A DNA stretch of 43,265 nucleotides from an uncultured Verrucomicrobiota bacterium. GTDB taxonomy: Bacteria; Verrucomicrobiota; Verrucomicrobiia; Palsa-1439. Under the pieces are notes generated by a model that was not told the origin of the DNA, did not search any database, and was given only the letters and a program-made list of their open reading frames with translations. The stretch lies in assembly GCA_964514435.1 (NCBI GenBank), contig CAZEQV010000001.1, positions 1 through 43,265 of the forward strand. The letters run 5' to 3'. The position numbers were made by a program, and so were the translations under genes. Positions 35,706 through 43,265 of the stretch are shown here, piece by piece; positions within the stretch are counted from its first letter, which is position 1, and each line of letters begins with the position of its first letter.

Positions 35706-37103
35706 ATGAATCCCCATCTCCAAAAGGAAGTTCGCGGCGCCGGGTGGGGCATCTTTTGGTGGACGCTGGCGGTGGTGCTGCACGTTTTAGTCGTGGCGGT
35801 CATCATTTACTTCGAGCCGTTGCGCACATGGTATTTGTCCCGGTCGGATGCCGAAGCGAACCTGGAGTTGATCGAAGGCGATCGGATGAAGGAGATCCTT
35901 CGTCAGATGATGGAGGTTCACACCAAACGGATCCGCGAAAAAGTCGTGGAGGAACGCAAACTCCTCGCCGATCTCGAAAATATGCGCGACAGCCGGTTCA
36001 ACACGTACGTCAAGCATGCCGGCAACAAGGCTGAATCGCTTTCCACACTCGGGGATACCGGCCCGAATGTGAATCAGGCATTGGACAGTCTCGATGTGTT
36101 CCAACTTTACGAGCTGGCGCAGAAGATTGAGAAGAAGAGTTACGAAACCTACCGGCACATGCGCATTGTGGAATTGTCCCGCATCCAGGGGCTGACGTTC
36201 GAGGCGGCTGCCGACGTGACCAACGTGGCCGTGCCGGCTCACCCGGAGATCAACCGCGCTCCGTTCGGGGCCGTCATCAAGAAGGCCACCGACCCGAACT
36301 TCGTGGCGATGAAGAATGAATTGCAGACCATCCATGCTGAAATCAGCGCGATGATTTCCGGTATCGTTCGGATGATTGACGTGGGGCGCGGCTTGATGGG
36401 CGAAGATGTCGGCGGCATCACGGTCGTGGGCGCCGGTGGCATTTTCGAGGGCGGCGGCGGCGGCCGGTGGGGTTCCAACATCGGGCCGACGTTGTCACCG
36501 GACGAATTCTTTGCCGGCAACCGGTCCGGCGACTTCAGCGAGGACTGGAAACCGTCGTTTGGACGCAAGCTGACCGACCAAGGGATCAAGGCGGAATGGA
36601 TGTACCTCGACACCTGGTACATCATCGGCCCGTTCCCGAACCCGAACCGGCAATACATGGACAAGGTATTCCCGCCGGAGTCCGTGGTGGATTTGGATGC
36701 GACGTACGTGGGCAAAGACGGTCGCAAGCTGACGTGGCAATGGCTGCAAAACCGTCCCGGCGGCATCATGATCGCGCCGCACGTGGCCACCAGCTATGCC
36801 GTGTGGTATGCGTTCACCGAAGTCTATTCCGACAAGAACCAGACCAAATGGGTCAGCTTCGGCAGCGATGACTACTCCAAGGCTTGGCTCAACGGCGAGC
36901 CGGTATGGACGAGCGGCAAGACCCCGCACATGTGGATACCGGACCGCGGATTTCGCAAACTGAACTTCCGCAAAGGCCACAATCAACTGCTGCTCAAACT
37001 GGAAAACGCCGGCGGCACGACCGGGTTCTCCGTGGTGATTTACACCGGTGACATCGGCGAAATGAGCGCGGCGCCCGCCGCCGAAAAGACCGCCAGCCCC
37101 TGA
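35706..37103 (+). CDS. Membrane-anchored protein in the TonB position: TonB-like TM anchor + coiled coil + Gly-rich linker + C-terminal beta-sandwich-like domain
   Basis: 9 nt after exbD. The TM WWTLAVVLHVLVVAVIIY parallels E. coli TonB WPTLLSVCIHGAVVAGLLY, including the His. There is no Pro-rich spacer and no recognisable TonB C-terminal domain. The C-terminus (WYIIGPFPNPN...SFGSDDYSKAWLNGEPVW...LLLKLENAGG) looks like a galactose-binding-type jelly roll. Confidence 0.7.
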   Translation: MNPHLQKEVRGAGWGIFWWTLAVVLHVLVVAVIIYFEPLRTWYLSRSDAEANLELIEGDRMKEILRQMMEVHTKRIREKVVEERKLLADLENMRDSRFNTYVKHAGNKAESLSTLGDTGPNVNQALDSLDVFQLYELAQKIEKKSYETYRHMRIVELSRIQGLTFEAAADVTNVAVPAHPEINRAPFGAVIKKATDPNFVAMKNELQTIHAEISAMISGIVRMIDVGRGLMGEDVGGITVVGAGGIFEGGGGGRWGSNIGPTLSPDEFFAGNRSGDFSEDWKPSFGRKLTDQGIKAEWMYLDTWYIIGPFPNPNRQYMDKVFPPESVVDLDATYVGKDGRKLTWQWLQNRPGGIMIAPHVATSYAVWYAFTEVYSDKNQTKWVSFGSDDYSKAWLNGEPVWTSGKTPHMWIPDRGFRKLNFRKGHNQLLLKLENAGGTTGFSVVIYTGDIGEMSAAPAAEKTASP

Positions 37104-37112
37104 CGTTGGGCC

Positions 37113-39449
37113 ATGACATTCCCCGTGAAGAATTGGATGCGCCCGCTTGCCGTCTTTCTGGCCGGCGCGGCGATGCTCGCGTTGGCAGGATGCGGCGGCT
37201 CCGCCGACCCCGAACAGCGCCGCGCGGCCGCATTGATTGATCAGCTTTCCGAAACCAAAGTGGAAAAGCGCGTGACCGCCGCCACGGAACTGGGCCGGAT
37301 GAAATATCGTGCGGCCGTGCCGCATCTGATACGGGCCACGGCTGATGTGCGCGCCGAGGTGCGGTTGGCGGCCATTGAATCGCTCGGTGAGATCGGTGAT
37401 CAGAAGGCCGTGGATGCTTTGGTGGCCGCGCTCAAATCGGATCTGTGGACGCAACGAAAAGCCGCCATCGAAGCGCTGGGCAAGCTCGGCGATGCGCGTG
37501 CCTTGCCGGCCCTGAGCGCCTTGTTCACTGACAACGACCGTTCGGTGGCGGCGGCGGCCAGCACGACGGTGGGCGGGTTCGGCCCGGTCGCGTTTGAACC
37601 GATGATGGAGCGGTTGCAGTCACCGGAGCCGATGACGCGCGAGGGTGCCGCGTTGGCGCTGGGACGCATCGGAGACAAGCGCGCTGCCGAGCCGTTGCGG
37701 GCGATGTTGAAAGACCCGGAACCGTTGTTGCGGCTGGCGGCAGCCGACGCTCTGAGCCGGTTGGGTGACGCGGGCCCGGTCGGTGACATGGCGTTGTTGC
37801 TGCAAGATTCCAATGAGACAGTCAGCCGTGGGGTGAAACGGTCGTTGATACGGTTGGGTGGGGAGGCCGTCGAGGCCATCAGCCGTGTGGCTTCGACGGC
37901 ACAACCCGCGACGCGGTTCGCCGCCGTGGAAGTACTGGCCAACATCAACGACCCGCGCGCCGTGGCGGCGTTGCTGGTGATGTTGGATGACGCCGACCGC
38001 AAAGTCGCCGCCGCGGCGGATGAAGCGTTGAGAAAATCGGAAGCCGGCAAGTCGGTGGACGCGTTGCTGCTGACGTTGAAGAGCAGCCAGCCGGCCGCGC
38101 GACGTAAGGCGGCGGCCATGTTGGGCGAGGTGGGCGACGAGAGAGCCGGTGAAGCGTTGATCGGGGCGTTGGCGGATACCGACAGCGGCGTGCGGACGGC
38201 GGCGGCGCGCGCCCTGACGGAACGGAAAGATCCGCGGGCGGCTGATGCGTTGGCCGGTATGCTCGCGGACCGGGATTGGGGCGCGCGGTTGTCCGCAGCG
38301 GAAGCGTTGGCGGCGCTGGGCGACACGCGGTGCGTGGAGCCGCTGATCGAGTTGCTGAAGTCGAACGCCGTGGTGACGGACGAGAAAGGCAAGGAACAGA
38401 CGAGCAGCGTGCCGATCCGGGCGGCGCGCGCGCTGGGAGTGGCGCGGGACAAACGCGCGGTCGGACCGTTGCTGGCGGTGGTGCAGGCGGAGTTGGACGA
38501 GCCGCAGCCCGCCGGCAAGGACGCGCGCGATGGCAACAATGCGTTGAGCGCCGCCGCGGCGGGTGCGTTGGGACAGATCGGGGACGAACGGGCGTTTGAG
38601 GCGCTGGTGCGGTTGTTGGAGAAGCGAAGGTGGCCGGAGGTTTCCATTCGCGGCGCCGCGGCGCGGGCCTTGTTGGAGATCAACCCGCAGCGGGCAGCGG
38701 AGCCGTTGATGGCCACCATTGCCAATCCCGAATTTCAGGATCCCGGCTTGAAACGGCAGTTGATCGGGATGCTGGGAAAGACGCGCAATCCCAAGGTGGT
38801 GGACACGTTGATTGCGCACCTGACGTTTGAGGAACGCGAGACGCGATTGGCGGTGGCCAGCGGGTTGGTGGAGATCGGCGAACCGGCCATACCGGCTTTG
38901 GTGGCGCAACTCGGTTCCACGAACGAGCAATTGCGGGTCGGCGTGGGGCTGGTGTTGGCGCGGATGGGGCCGAGGGCCGAACAATCCCTGCTAGCGGCGT
39001 TGAAAGACAAGGACGCGCGAGTCCGTCAATCGGCCGCTTGGGCGATCGGACGGTTGGGCAAGGTGGAAAACGCGCCGGCCGTGGCGGCGTTGCTGGCCGA
39101 CTCCGACACGAATGTGCGGACGGGCGCGATTTGGGCGTTGGGCGAGTTGAAGGACAAGCGGGCCGTGCCGGCTTTGTTGCCGTTGCTGAATGATTCGGAG
39201 ACGCTGGTGGTGCGCGGCACAGCGGAAACGTTGGGGAAGATTCAAGATCCTGCCGCCGTGGAGGCGCTGGTTTCCGTCTTGCGGCATCCGCAGCCCGACG
39301 TGCGCATTTCCGTGGCCATCGCGCTGGGCGCGCTCGGCGATGCGCGCGCGGTCAAAGCCTTGCAGGAATTGGCGTCTTTCGATACTGACAATGAAGTCCG
39401 AATGGCCGCCAAGGAAGCCCTGGGGTTGATTGGACAGAACAAACCGTAA
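37113..39449 (+). CDS. HEAT-repeat (PBS-lyase HEAT-like) lipoprotein
   Basis: Lipobox LALAGCGG. About 20 or more repeats of the pattern VRxAAxxALGxxGDxRAVxxLxxxLxD across 778 aa. Confidence 0.85.
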   Translation: MTFPVKNWMRPLAVFLAGAAMLALAGCGGSADPEQRRAAALIDQLSETKVEKRVTAATELGRMKYRAAVPHLIRATADVRAEVRLAAIESLGEIGDQKAVDALVAALKSDLWTQRKAAIEALGKLGDARALPALSALFTDNDRSVAAAASTTVGGFGPVAFEPMMERLQSPEPMTREGAALALGRIGDKRAAEPLRAMLKDPEPLLRLAAADALSRLGDAGPVGDMALLLQDSNETVSRGVKRSLIRLGGEAVEAISRVASTAQPATRFAAVEVLANINDPRAVAALLVMLDDADRKVAAAADEALRKSEAGKSVDALLLTLKSSQPAARRKAAAMLGEVGDERAGEALIGALADTDSGVRTAAARALTERKDPRAADALAGMLADRDWGARLSAAEALAALGDTRCVEPLIELLKSNAVVTDEKGKEQTSSVPIRAARALGVARDKRAVGPLLAVVQAELDEPQPAGKDARDGNNALSAAAAGALGQIGDERAFEALVRLLEKRRWPEVSIRGAAARALLEINPQRAAEPLMATIANPEFQDPGLKRQLIGMLGKTRNPKVVDTLIAHLTFEERETRLAVASGLVEIGEPAIPALVAQLGSTNEQLRVGVGLVLARMGPRAEQSLLAALKDKDARVRQSAAWAIGRLGKVENAPAVAALLADSDTNVRTGAIWALGELKDKRAVPALLPLLNDSETLVVRGTAETLGKIQDPAAVEALVSVLRHPQPDVRISVAIALGALGDARAVKALQELASFDTDNEVRMAAKEALGLIGQNKP

Positions 39450-39461
39450 GAAGGGATAATT

Positions 39462-41096
39462 GTGACACGACATTTTTTCACGGCAATCGCGGTGGCCGGC
39501 TTGCTGGGGCTGAATGCGAACGCGGGCCGGTACGAAAGCTTCACCCAGAAGGCAGCACAGGGCGACAAACTGCAAGTGGTTGCGGCCACATTTTTCGGCG
39601 GGACCGGCATCGAGGAGTTTTTGGATGCAGGCGCTTTGCCGGATGGGACAATCGTCGCGTTTGGGAATTCTTGGGGACCGGATTTTCCCACGACGCCCTC
39701 GGCCACGGTGTGGGGGAAGGGGCAGCATCGCAAAGCCAATCCGTATGGCGCCTCCGGCAAGGGCGGGGATCGTCCCTTGCGGACCGACAGCCCGGACAGG
39801 GCCGGTATGATTGTTTTTTATGGCAGCAAGCTCGAAACCATCAAGAAGGTGGTGCGTTTTGATTGGGGCGTGGCATCAATTTCAGCCGGTCTGGTAGGAC
39901 GAGATGGGAAATCCCTGTTCACGGCTGGCCATTGTACCGACGCATTCCGCGATGTCGCCCGTTCAGCAAAGGTCTTTAAGACCCAAACGGCTCAAGGGAG
40001 CACAGGCACCGGCGGCAAACCGCGCCCGGAACCATCAGCCGCTGCCGATGCGCCGCGAGATACTTACCTGGCCAAATGGAGTGCGACGGCTGACAAACTG
40101 GAATGGGTCTGGATCTTTGAGGGACAGCGACAATCGCCCGAGAGGTTGTGGGTGACAGATGCCGGCGAGCTTCACGCCGACGCGAATGGTTTGTGGCGGA
40201 TATCGGCCGACGGACAAATGGCGCGGCGGGTCGGGGACAAGGTTTCGACCGGAACGGCGGAATACCTCTGCGTGGATCCGAAGGATGGCAGTTTCTATTT
40301 TGGCGGCGACCGCAACACCCATACCGGCTATCAACCGTGGCGTCAGCCGTATCTCTACAAATTCGACAACACAGGAAAGAAGTTGTGGCGGATGTGGGAA
40401 TGGCCGCCGCGGGAGTGCGCCTGCGGCGGCACCGGCAACAATCTGTGTTCAGATTCCAGTCCGCGCGCGATGGAGATTGCGTCCAACGGCGACCTCTGGG
40501 TGGGCGGTTGGTCTGACGGCGGCAACAGCGTGTTTGGCCGGCAACCGGCCGACATCAGCAAACCGGTGCCGCGCGGCGGATTTGGCATGGAAGGATCCGG
40601 TATGAAAGGGGCCAATTCGCTCGGATACCTGATGCGGATTGATCCCGCGACACAAACGGTCCTGCAAATGGACTTGTGGTTGGCGTATGTCCCGATGAGC
40701 TTTGCCAATCCCAAGTATCGCGGTGCGCCGAACTTCACCAGTATCGCGCGGATTCGAGCCCTGCCGGGCGATGCTCTTGGTTTCTGCGGCAGAGCGGCGA
40801 CGGGCCTCATTCAAACGCCCAACGCTTTCTACCGGCATCCTGATGATGGCCGAAAATATGGCGGCGAATACGCGGCCGCGTTCAGCCGCGACTCCCAAAA
40901 CCTGCTGTTCTCCAGTTATCTTCCCGGCTGCCACAACGTGCGCATCGGCGCGAGCCAGTTCGGCATGATCATCGTCAGCCGCTCCAACGGCACGGATGGC
41001 GTGTCCGATCGCCCGACGCTCACGCCCGTGGTCAACCCGCTGCAAAAGGAAAAGAAGGGCGAGTTCGACGCGCATATCATTCTGCTCTCCCCATGA
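39462..41096 (+). CDS. Secreted hypothetical protein, possible beta-propeller (SBBP-like repeat near N-terminus)
   Basis: GTG start with GAAGGGA upstream. Signal peptide MTRHFFTAIAVAGLLGLNANA. TFFGGTGIEEFLDAGALPDGTIVAFGNSWGPDFP resembles the SBBP beta-propeller repeat. The rest is unassignable by eye. Confidence 0.65.
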   Translation: MTRHFFTAIAVAGLLGLNANAGRYESFTQKAAQGDKLQVVAATFFGGTGIEEFLDAGALPDGTIVAFGNSWGPDFPTTPSATVWGKGQHRKANPYGASGKGGDRPLRTDSPDRAGMIVFYGSKLETIKKVVRFDWGVASISAGLVGRDGKSLFTAGHCTDAFRDVARSAKVFKTQTAQGSTGTGGKPRPEPSAAADAPRDTYLAKWSATADKLEWVWIFEGQRQSPERLWVTDAGELHADANGLWRISADGQMARRVGDKVSTGTAEYLCVDPKDGSFYFGGDRNTHTGYQPWRQPYLYKFDNTGKKLWRMWEWPPRECACGGTGNNLCSDSSPRAMEIASNGDLWVGGWSDGGNSVFGRQPADISKPVPRGGFGMEGSGMKGANSLGYLMRIDPATQTVLQMDLWLAYVPMSFANPKYRGAPNFTSIARIRALPGDALGFCGRAATGLIQTPNAFYRHPDDGRKYGGEYAAAFSRDSQNLLFSSYLPGCHNVRIGASQFGMIIVSRSNGTDGVSDRPTLTPVVNPLQKEKKGEFDAHIILLSP

Positions 41097-41156
41097 AGCG
41101 CGGCCGAACCCTTTTTGCTCGACCACGCCGGCGGGGTTCGCATACACAAGCGCGGC

Positions 41157-41888
41157 ATGAAAATCCCCCTCGAAGACGGTTTTGAAGACATTATTGGCAA
41201 AGCTCAGCGCGGGTTGAAGATCACCGTTTCGCCCGACGATGCCGGTATCCGCCAACTTGGGTTGAACGTGGCCGCTCTTCGCGCGATCGCCAACAAGACT
41301 TGGTATCCGAACGACCCCGGTCCCATCGACGGGCTGGTTTGCTTCAATACGCCCTACGGGGACATGACGGTGAACAGCTACGTCGTGTTCGATCCTGTTA
41401 GCAAGGCCGCAGGGGCGTTCGACACGGGCGCTGATTGTTCCGGTATGCTGACGTTGCCGGTCAAGATTCAGCAGATCTTTCTCACGCACATTCACGGCGA
41501 CCATATTCTGGAACTGGATCGGCTGATGGAAAAAACCGGCGCGCGCGCCTACGTCAGCGAGCGCGAACCCATCGAAGGCGCTACGCCCTTCGCCGACGGC
41601 ACGACGTTCTCAATTGGCAATCTGCGAGTGGAAACGCGTCGCACCAGCGGCCATGCGCGCGGCGGGGTGACATACATCGTGACCGGCTTGCGCAAACGGC
41701 TTGCTATCGTCGGTGACGCCGTGTTTGCCGGTTCGATGGGGGGCGGTGCTGTCAGCTACGACGAAGCGCTGCGCACCAACCGGGAAAATATCATGACCTT
41801 GCCGGACGACACGGTCATCTGTCCCGGTCACGGTCCATTGACAACCGTGGGCGAAGAGAAAATCCATAACGCATTCTTGGCAGAATAA
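41157..41888 (+). CDS. MBL-fold metallo-hydrolase (glyoxalase II-like)
   Basis: ATG 41157 within ORF 41115..41888. Metal motif LTHIHGDHI, plus later TSGHARGG and ICPGHGP. Confidence 0.85.
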   Translation: MKIPLEDGFEDIIGKAQRGLKITVSPDDAGIRQLGLNVAALRAIANKTWYPNDPGPIDGLVCFNTPYGDMTVNSYVVFDPVSKAAGAFDTGADCSGMLTLPVKIQQIFLTHIHGDHILELDRLMEKTGARAYVSEREPIEGATPFADGTTFSIGNLRVETRRTSGHARGGVTYIVTGLRKRLAIVGDAVFAGSMGGGAVSYDEALRTNRENIMTLPDDTVICPGHGPLTTVGEEKIHNAFLAE

Positions 41889-41901
41889 GGGAGATCATGG
41901 C

Positions 41902-42810
41902 ATGAACACACGAATCGGTTTTGTGGGAGTGGGACGCATGGGCGCCAACATGGCGCGACGATTGAAGGAAATCGGATATCCCATCACAGCGGTATATGAC
42001 CGGCATCGTCCCGCCGCAGTCAGTCTGGCCGGCGAGCTGGGCGGCGAGGCGGCCGGCACGCTGGCGCGCGTGACGGAGTTGGCGGACGTCATCTTTACCG
42101 TTGTCACCGATGACAAGGCGCAGTGGGACATCTTTGCGAACAGGAAGGATAGTTTGCTGCGAAAGGCGGAGAAGCGTGTGTTCATCAATTGCGCCACGGT
42201 CTCCCCCGACACTCATCAGAAGGTGGAGAAACTGGCGAAACGGGCCGGTGCGTCTTCGTTGGAGGCGTGCATGGCGTCGAGCATCAATCAAGCGCGAGCC
42301 GGCACGCTATACCTGATGTGCGGAGGCGAACGCGCCACATTCGACCGCGTGAAACCCATTCTCACCGAGTTGAGCGATGACGGAAAGCTCTTGCGCTACA
42401 TCGGCCCTGCCGGGACGGCGGCGAAAGTCAAAGTGTTGGTCAACATGGTGATGAACATCAACACGGCCGGGTTGGCCGAGGGACTTGGGTTGGGCGCGGC
42501 GCTGGGGTTGGATTTGAAGATGCTGATGGAAGTGTTCTCCCAGACAGGCGCCAATTCCCGCGTGTTGGTCACGGATGGAGAAGACATGGTCAACCGCGAA
42601 CATTCCTGTTTCTTCAGCGCGGCTCACGCGGCCAAAGACAGCGGTATTGCATTGGCCCTGGCCAAGAAAGCCAAACTGGATTTGCCGCTCGCCGCCGCGA
42701 CGCTCAGGCAATATGCCAAGATGGTGAAACTCGGTCTCGGTGATCTCGACAAGTCCGGTATCGCGGAGTTGACGTTCAAGGGACGCGGACCGAAACGGGC
42801 GCGGAAATGA
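41902..42810 (+). CDS. NAD(P)-dependent oxidoreductase, 3-hydroxyisobutyrate/6-phosphogluconate dehydrogenase family
   Basis: IGFVGVGRMGANMARRL (GxGxxG). SD AAGGGAG 8 nt upstream. 302 aa, typical for the HIBADH family. Confidence 0.85.
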   Translation: MNTRIGFVGVGRMGANMARRLKEIGYPITAVYDRHRPAAVSLAGELGGEAAGTLARVTELADVIFTVVTDDKAQWDIFANRKDSLLRKAEKRVFINCATVSPDTHQKVEKLAKRAGASSLEACMASSINQARAGTLYLMCGGERATFDRVKPILTELSDDGKLLRYIGPAGTAAKVKVLVNMVMNINTAGLAEGLGLGAALGLDLKMLMEVFSQTGANSRVLVTDGEDMVNREHSCFFSAAHAAKDSGIALALAKKAKLDLPLAAATLRQYAKMVKLGLGDLDKSGIAELTFKGRGPKRARK

Positions 42811-42855
42811 AGCTGGCGGGTTGACGGAGTAGGAAGTTCGTGTACCGTACCGCCC

Positions 42856-43265
42856 ATGAACACCCCGCACTGCATCGCCACGCATCATTGTGTCCGAAAC
42901 CTTCAAGCCGTGTGTCTCGTGATTCTGTTGGGCTTGGCTTGCGCGCCTTTGGCCCAGGCCGAACCGTCCAAGGAACCGTCGGGCGACGTTTCCTACGCGG
43001 GAAAATGGAAATGGCTTACCGGCCAGTATAAGGACCGCGACCCCGGTTCGGTGACCGGTGTCGTGGTTCGAGAGAAGCCCGATCTGCTCAAAGCCAGGTT
43101 CAAGCACGGCAAGGAAACGTACAACTGCGATTTCAAGGCCGAAACCAACAACGGCGAAACCCTGCTGACCGGCGGAACCGAAGTGCGGAACAAGCCTTAC
43201 ACATTCAAGGGCACGCTTGCCAAGGACGGCACCATCAGCGGTCAGTTCTCCAACGGCACCGACAA
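42856..43265 (+). CDS. Secreted hypothetical protein (N-terminal fragment; continues past the window end)
   Basis: Not in the ORF track (no stop). Hand translation from ATG 42856: MNTPHCIATHHCVRNLQAVCLVILLGLACAPLAQA-EPSKEPSGDVSYAGKWKW... Open to 43265, with a clear signal peptide. Confidence 0.55.
   Translation, partial: MNTPHCIATHHCVRNLQAVCLVILLGLACAPLAQAEPSKEPSGDVSYAGKWKWLTGQYKDRDPGSVTGVVVREKPDLLKARFKHGKETYNCDFKAETNNGETLLTGGTEVRNKPYTFKGTLAKDGTISGQFSNGTD

Noticed and set aside
37400-38984. Two long minus-strand ORFs (441 and 454 aa)
   Set aside because: Antisense to the HEAT-repeat gene. Their Ala/Arg/Ser-rich, low-complexity translations mirror the repeat periodicity.
37113-39449. Periodic DNA similarity suggesting a tandem repeat or array
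   Set aside because: It is explained by HEAT-repeat units of about 31 aa in a single long ORF with a lipoprotein signal.
1-43265. Scan for tRNA, rRNA, IS elements, integrases, toxin-antitoxin pairs and known defence genes
   Set aside because: I saw no T-loop-type GGTTCGAATCC motifs in intergenic DNA, no rRNA-like stretches, and no transposase, integrase or Cas-like translations in any frame. This negative result is by eye only.

Overview
This is a 43.3-kb, G+C-rich chromosomal segment. I read 31 complete CDSs and 2 edge-truncated CDSs. Both truncated ones are missing from the supplied ORF track because they have no in-window stop, so I translated them by hand. I found no rRNA, tRNA, CRISPR array, transposase or integrase. 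The gene content is DUF1573, long HEAT-repeat lipoprotein, SBBP-like propeller, a reprolysin-like protease with P-domain, and many tightly packed or overlapping genes. By inference only, this suggests a PVC-group bacterium (Verrucomicrobiota or Planctomycetota).

Layout:
- **1-10.7 kb, all minus strand:** GH42 beta-galactosidase, DUF1573 protein, then a metal-uptake module (small His/Cys-rich protein, coiled-coil beta-barrel OMP, cluster-A SBP, ABC ATPase, ABC permease). This module is translationally chained to glycerate kinase and a GH2 beta-mannosidase-like enzyme.
- **10.8-30 kb:** mostly housekeeping genes: FAD oxidoreductase, upp, threonine aldolase, a large secreted zinc metalloprotease, PolX, a DAACS symporter, BON protein, an atypical Clp-like AAA+, ppa, a SWIM-SNF2 helicase, sixA and leuC.
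- **30-43 kb:** LysM protein, dnaE, then a plus-strand operon: ExbB, ExbD, a TonB-anchor-like protein with a non-TonB periplasmic part, a 778-aa HEAT lipoprotein, a secreted propeller-like protein, an MBL hydrolase and a dehydrogenase.

Best leads:
1. A 14-bp perfect palindrome, GGAATGATCATTCC, occurs only in the metal-uptake cluster. One copy is the core of a 34-bp perfect palindrome in front of the operon. Three more copies (one with a single mismatch) lie inside the glycerate kinase coding sequence, in a roughly 44% G+C patch.
2. The ExbBD-linked cluster has no canonical TonB and no TonB-dependent receptor.
3. A ClpA-like ATPase has a degenerate first AAA+ module.

All family calls come from motif recognition by eye. 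No database search was possible.
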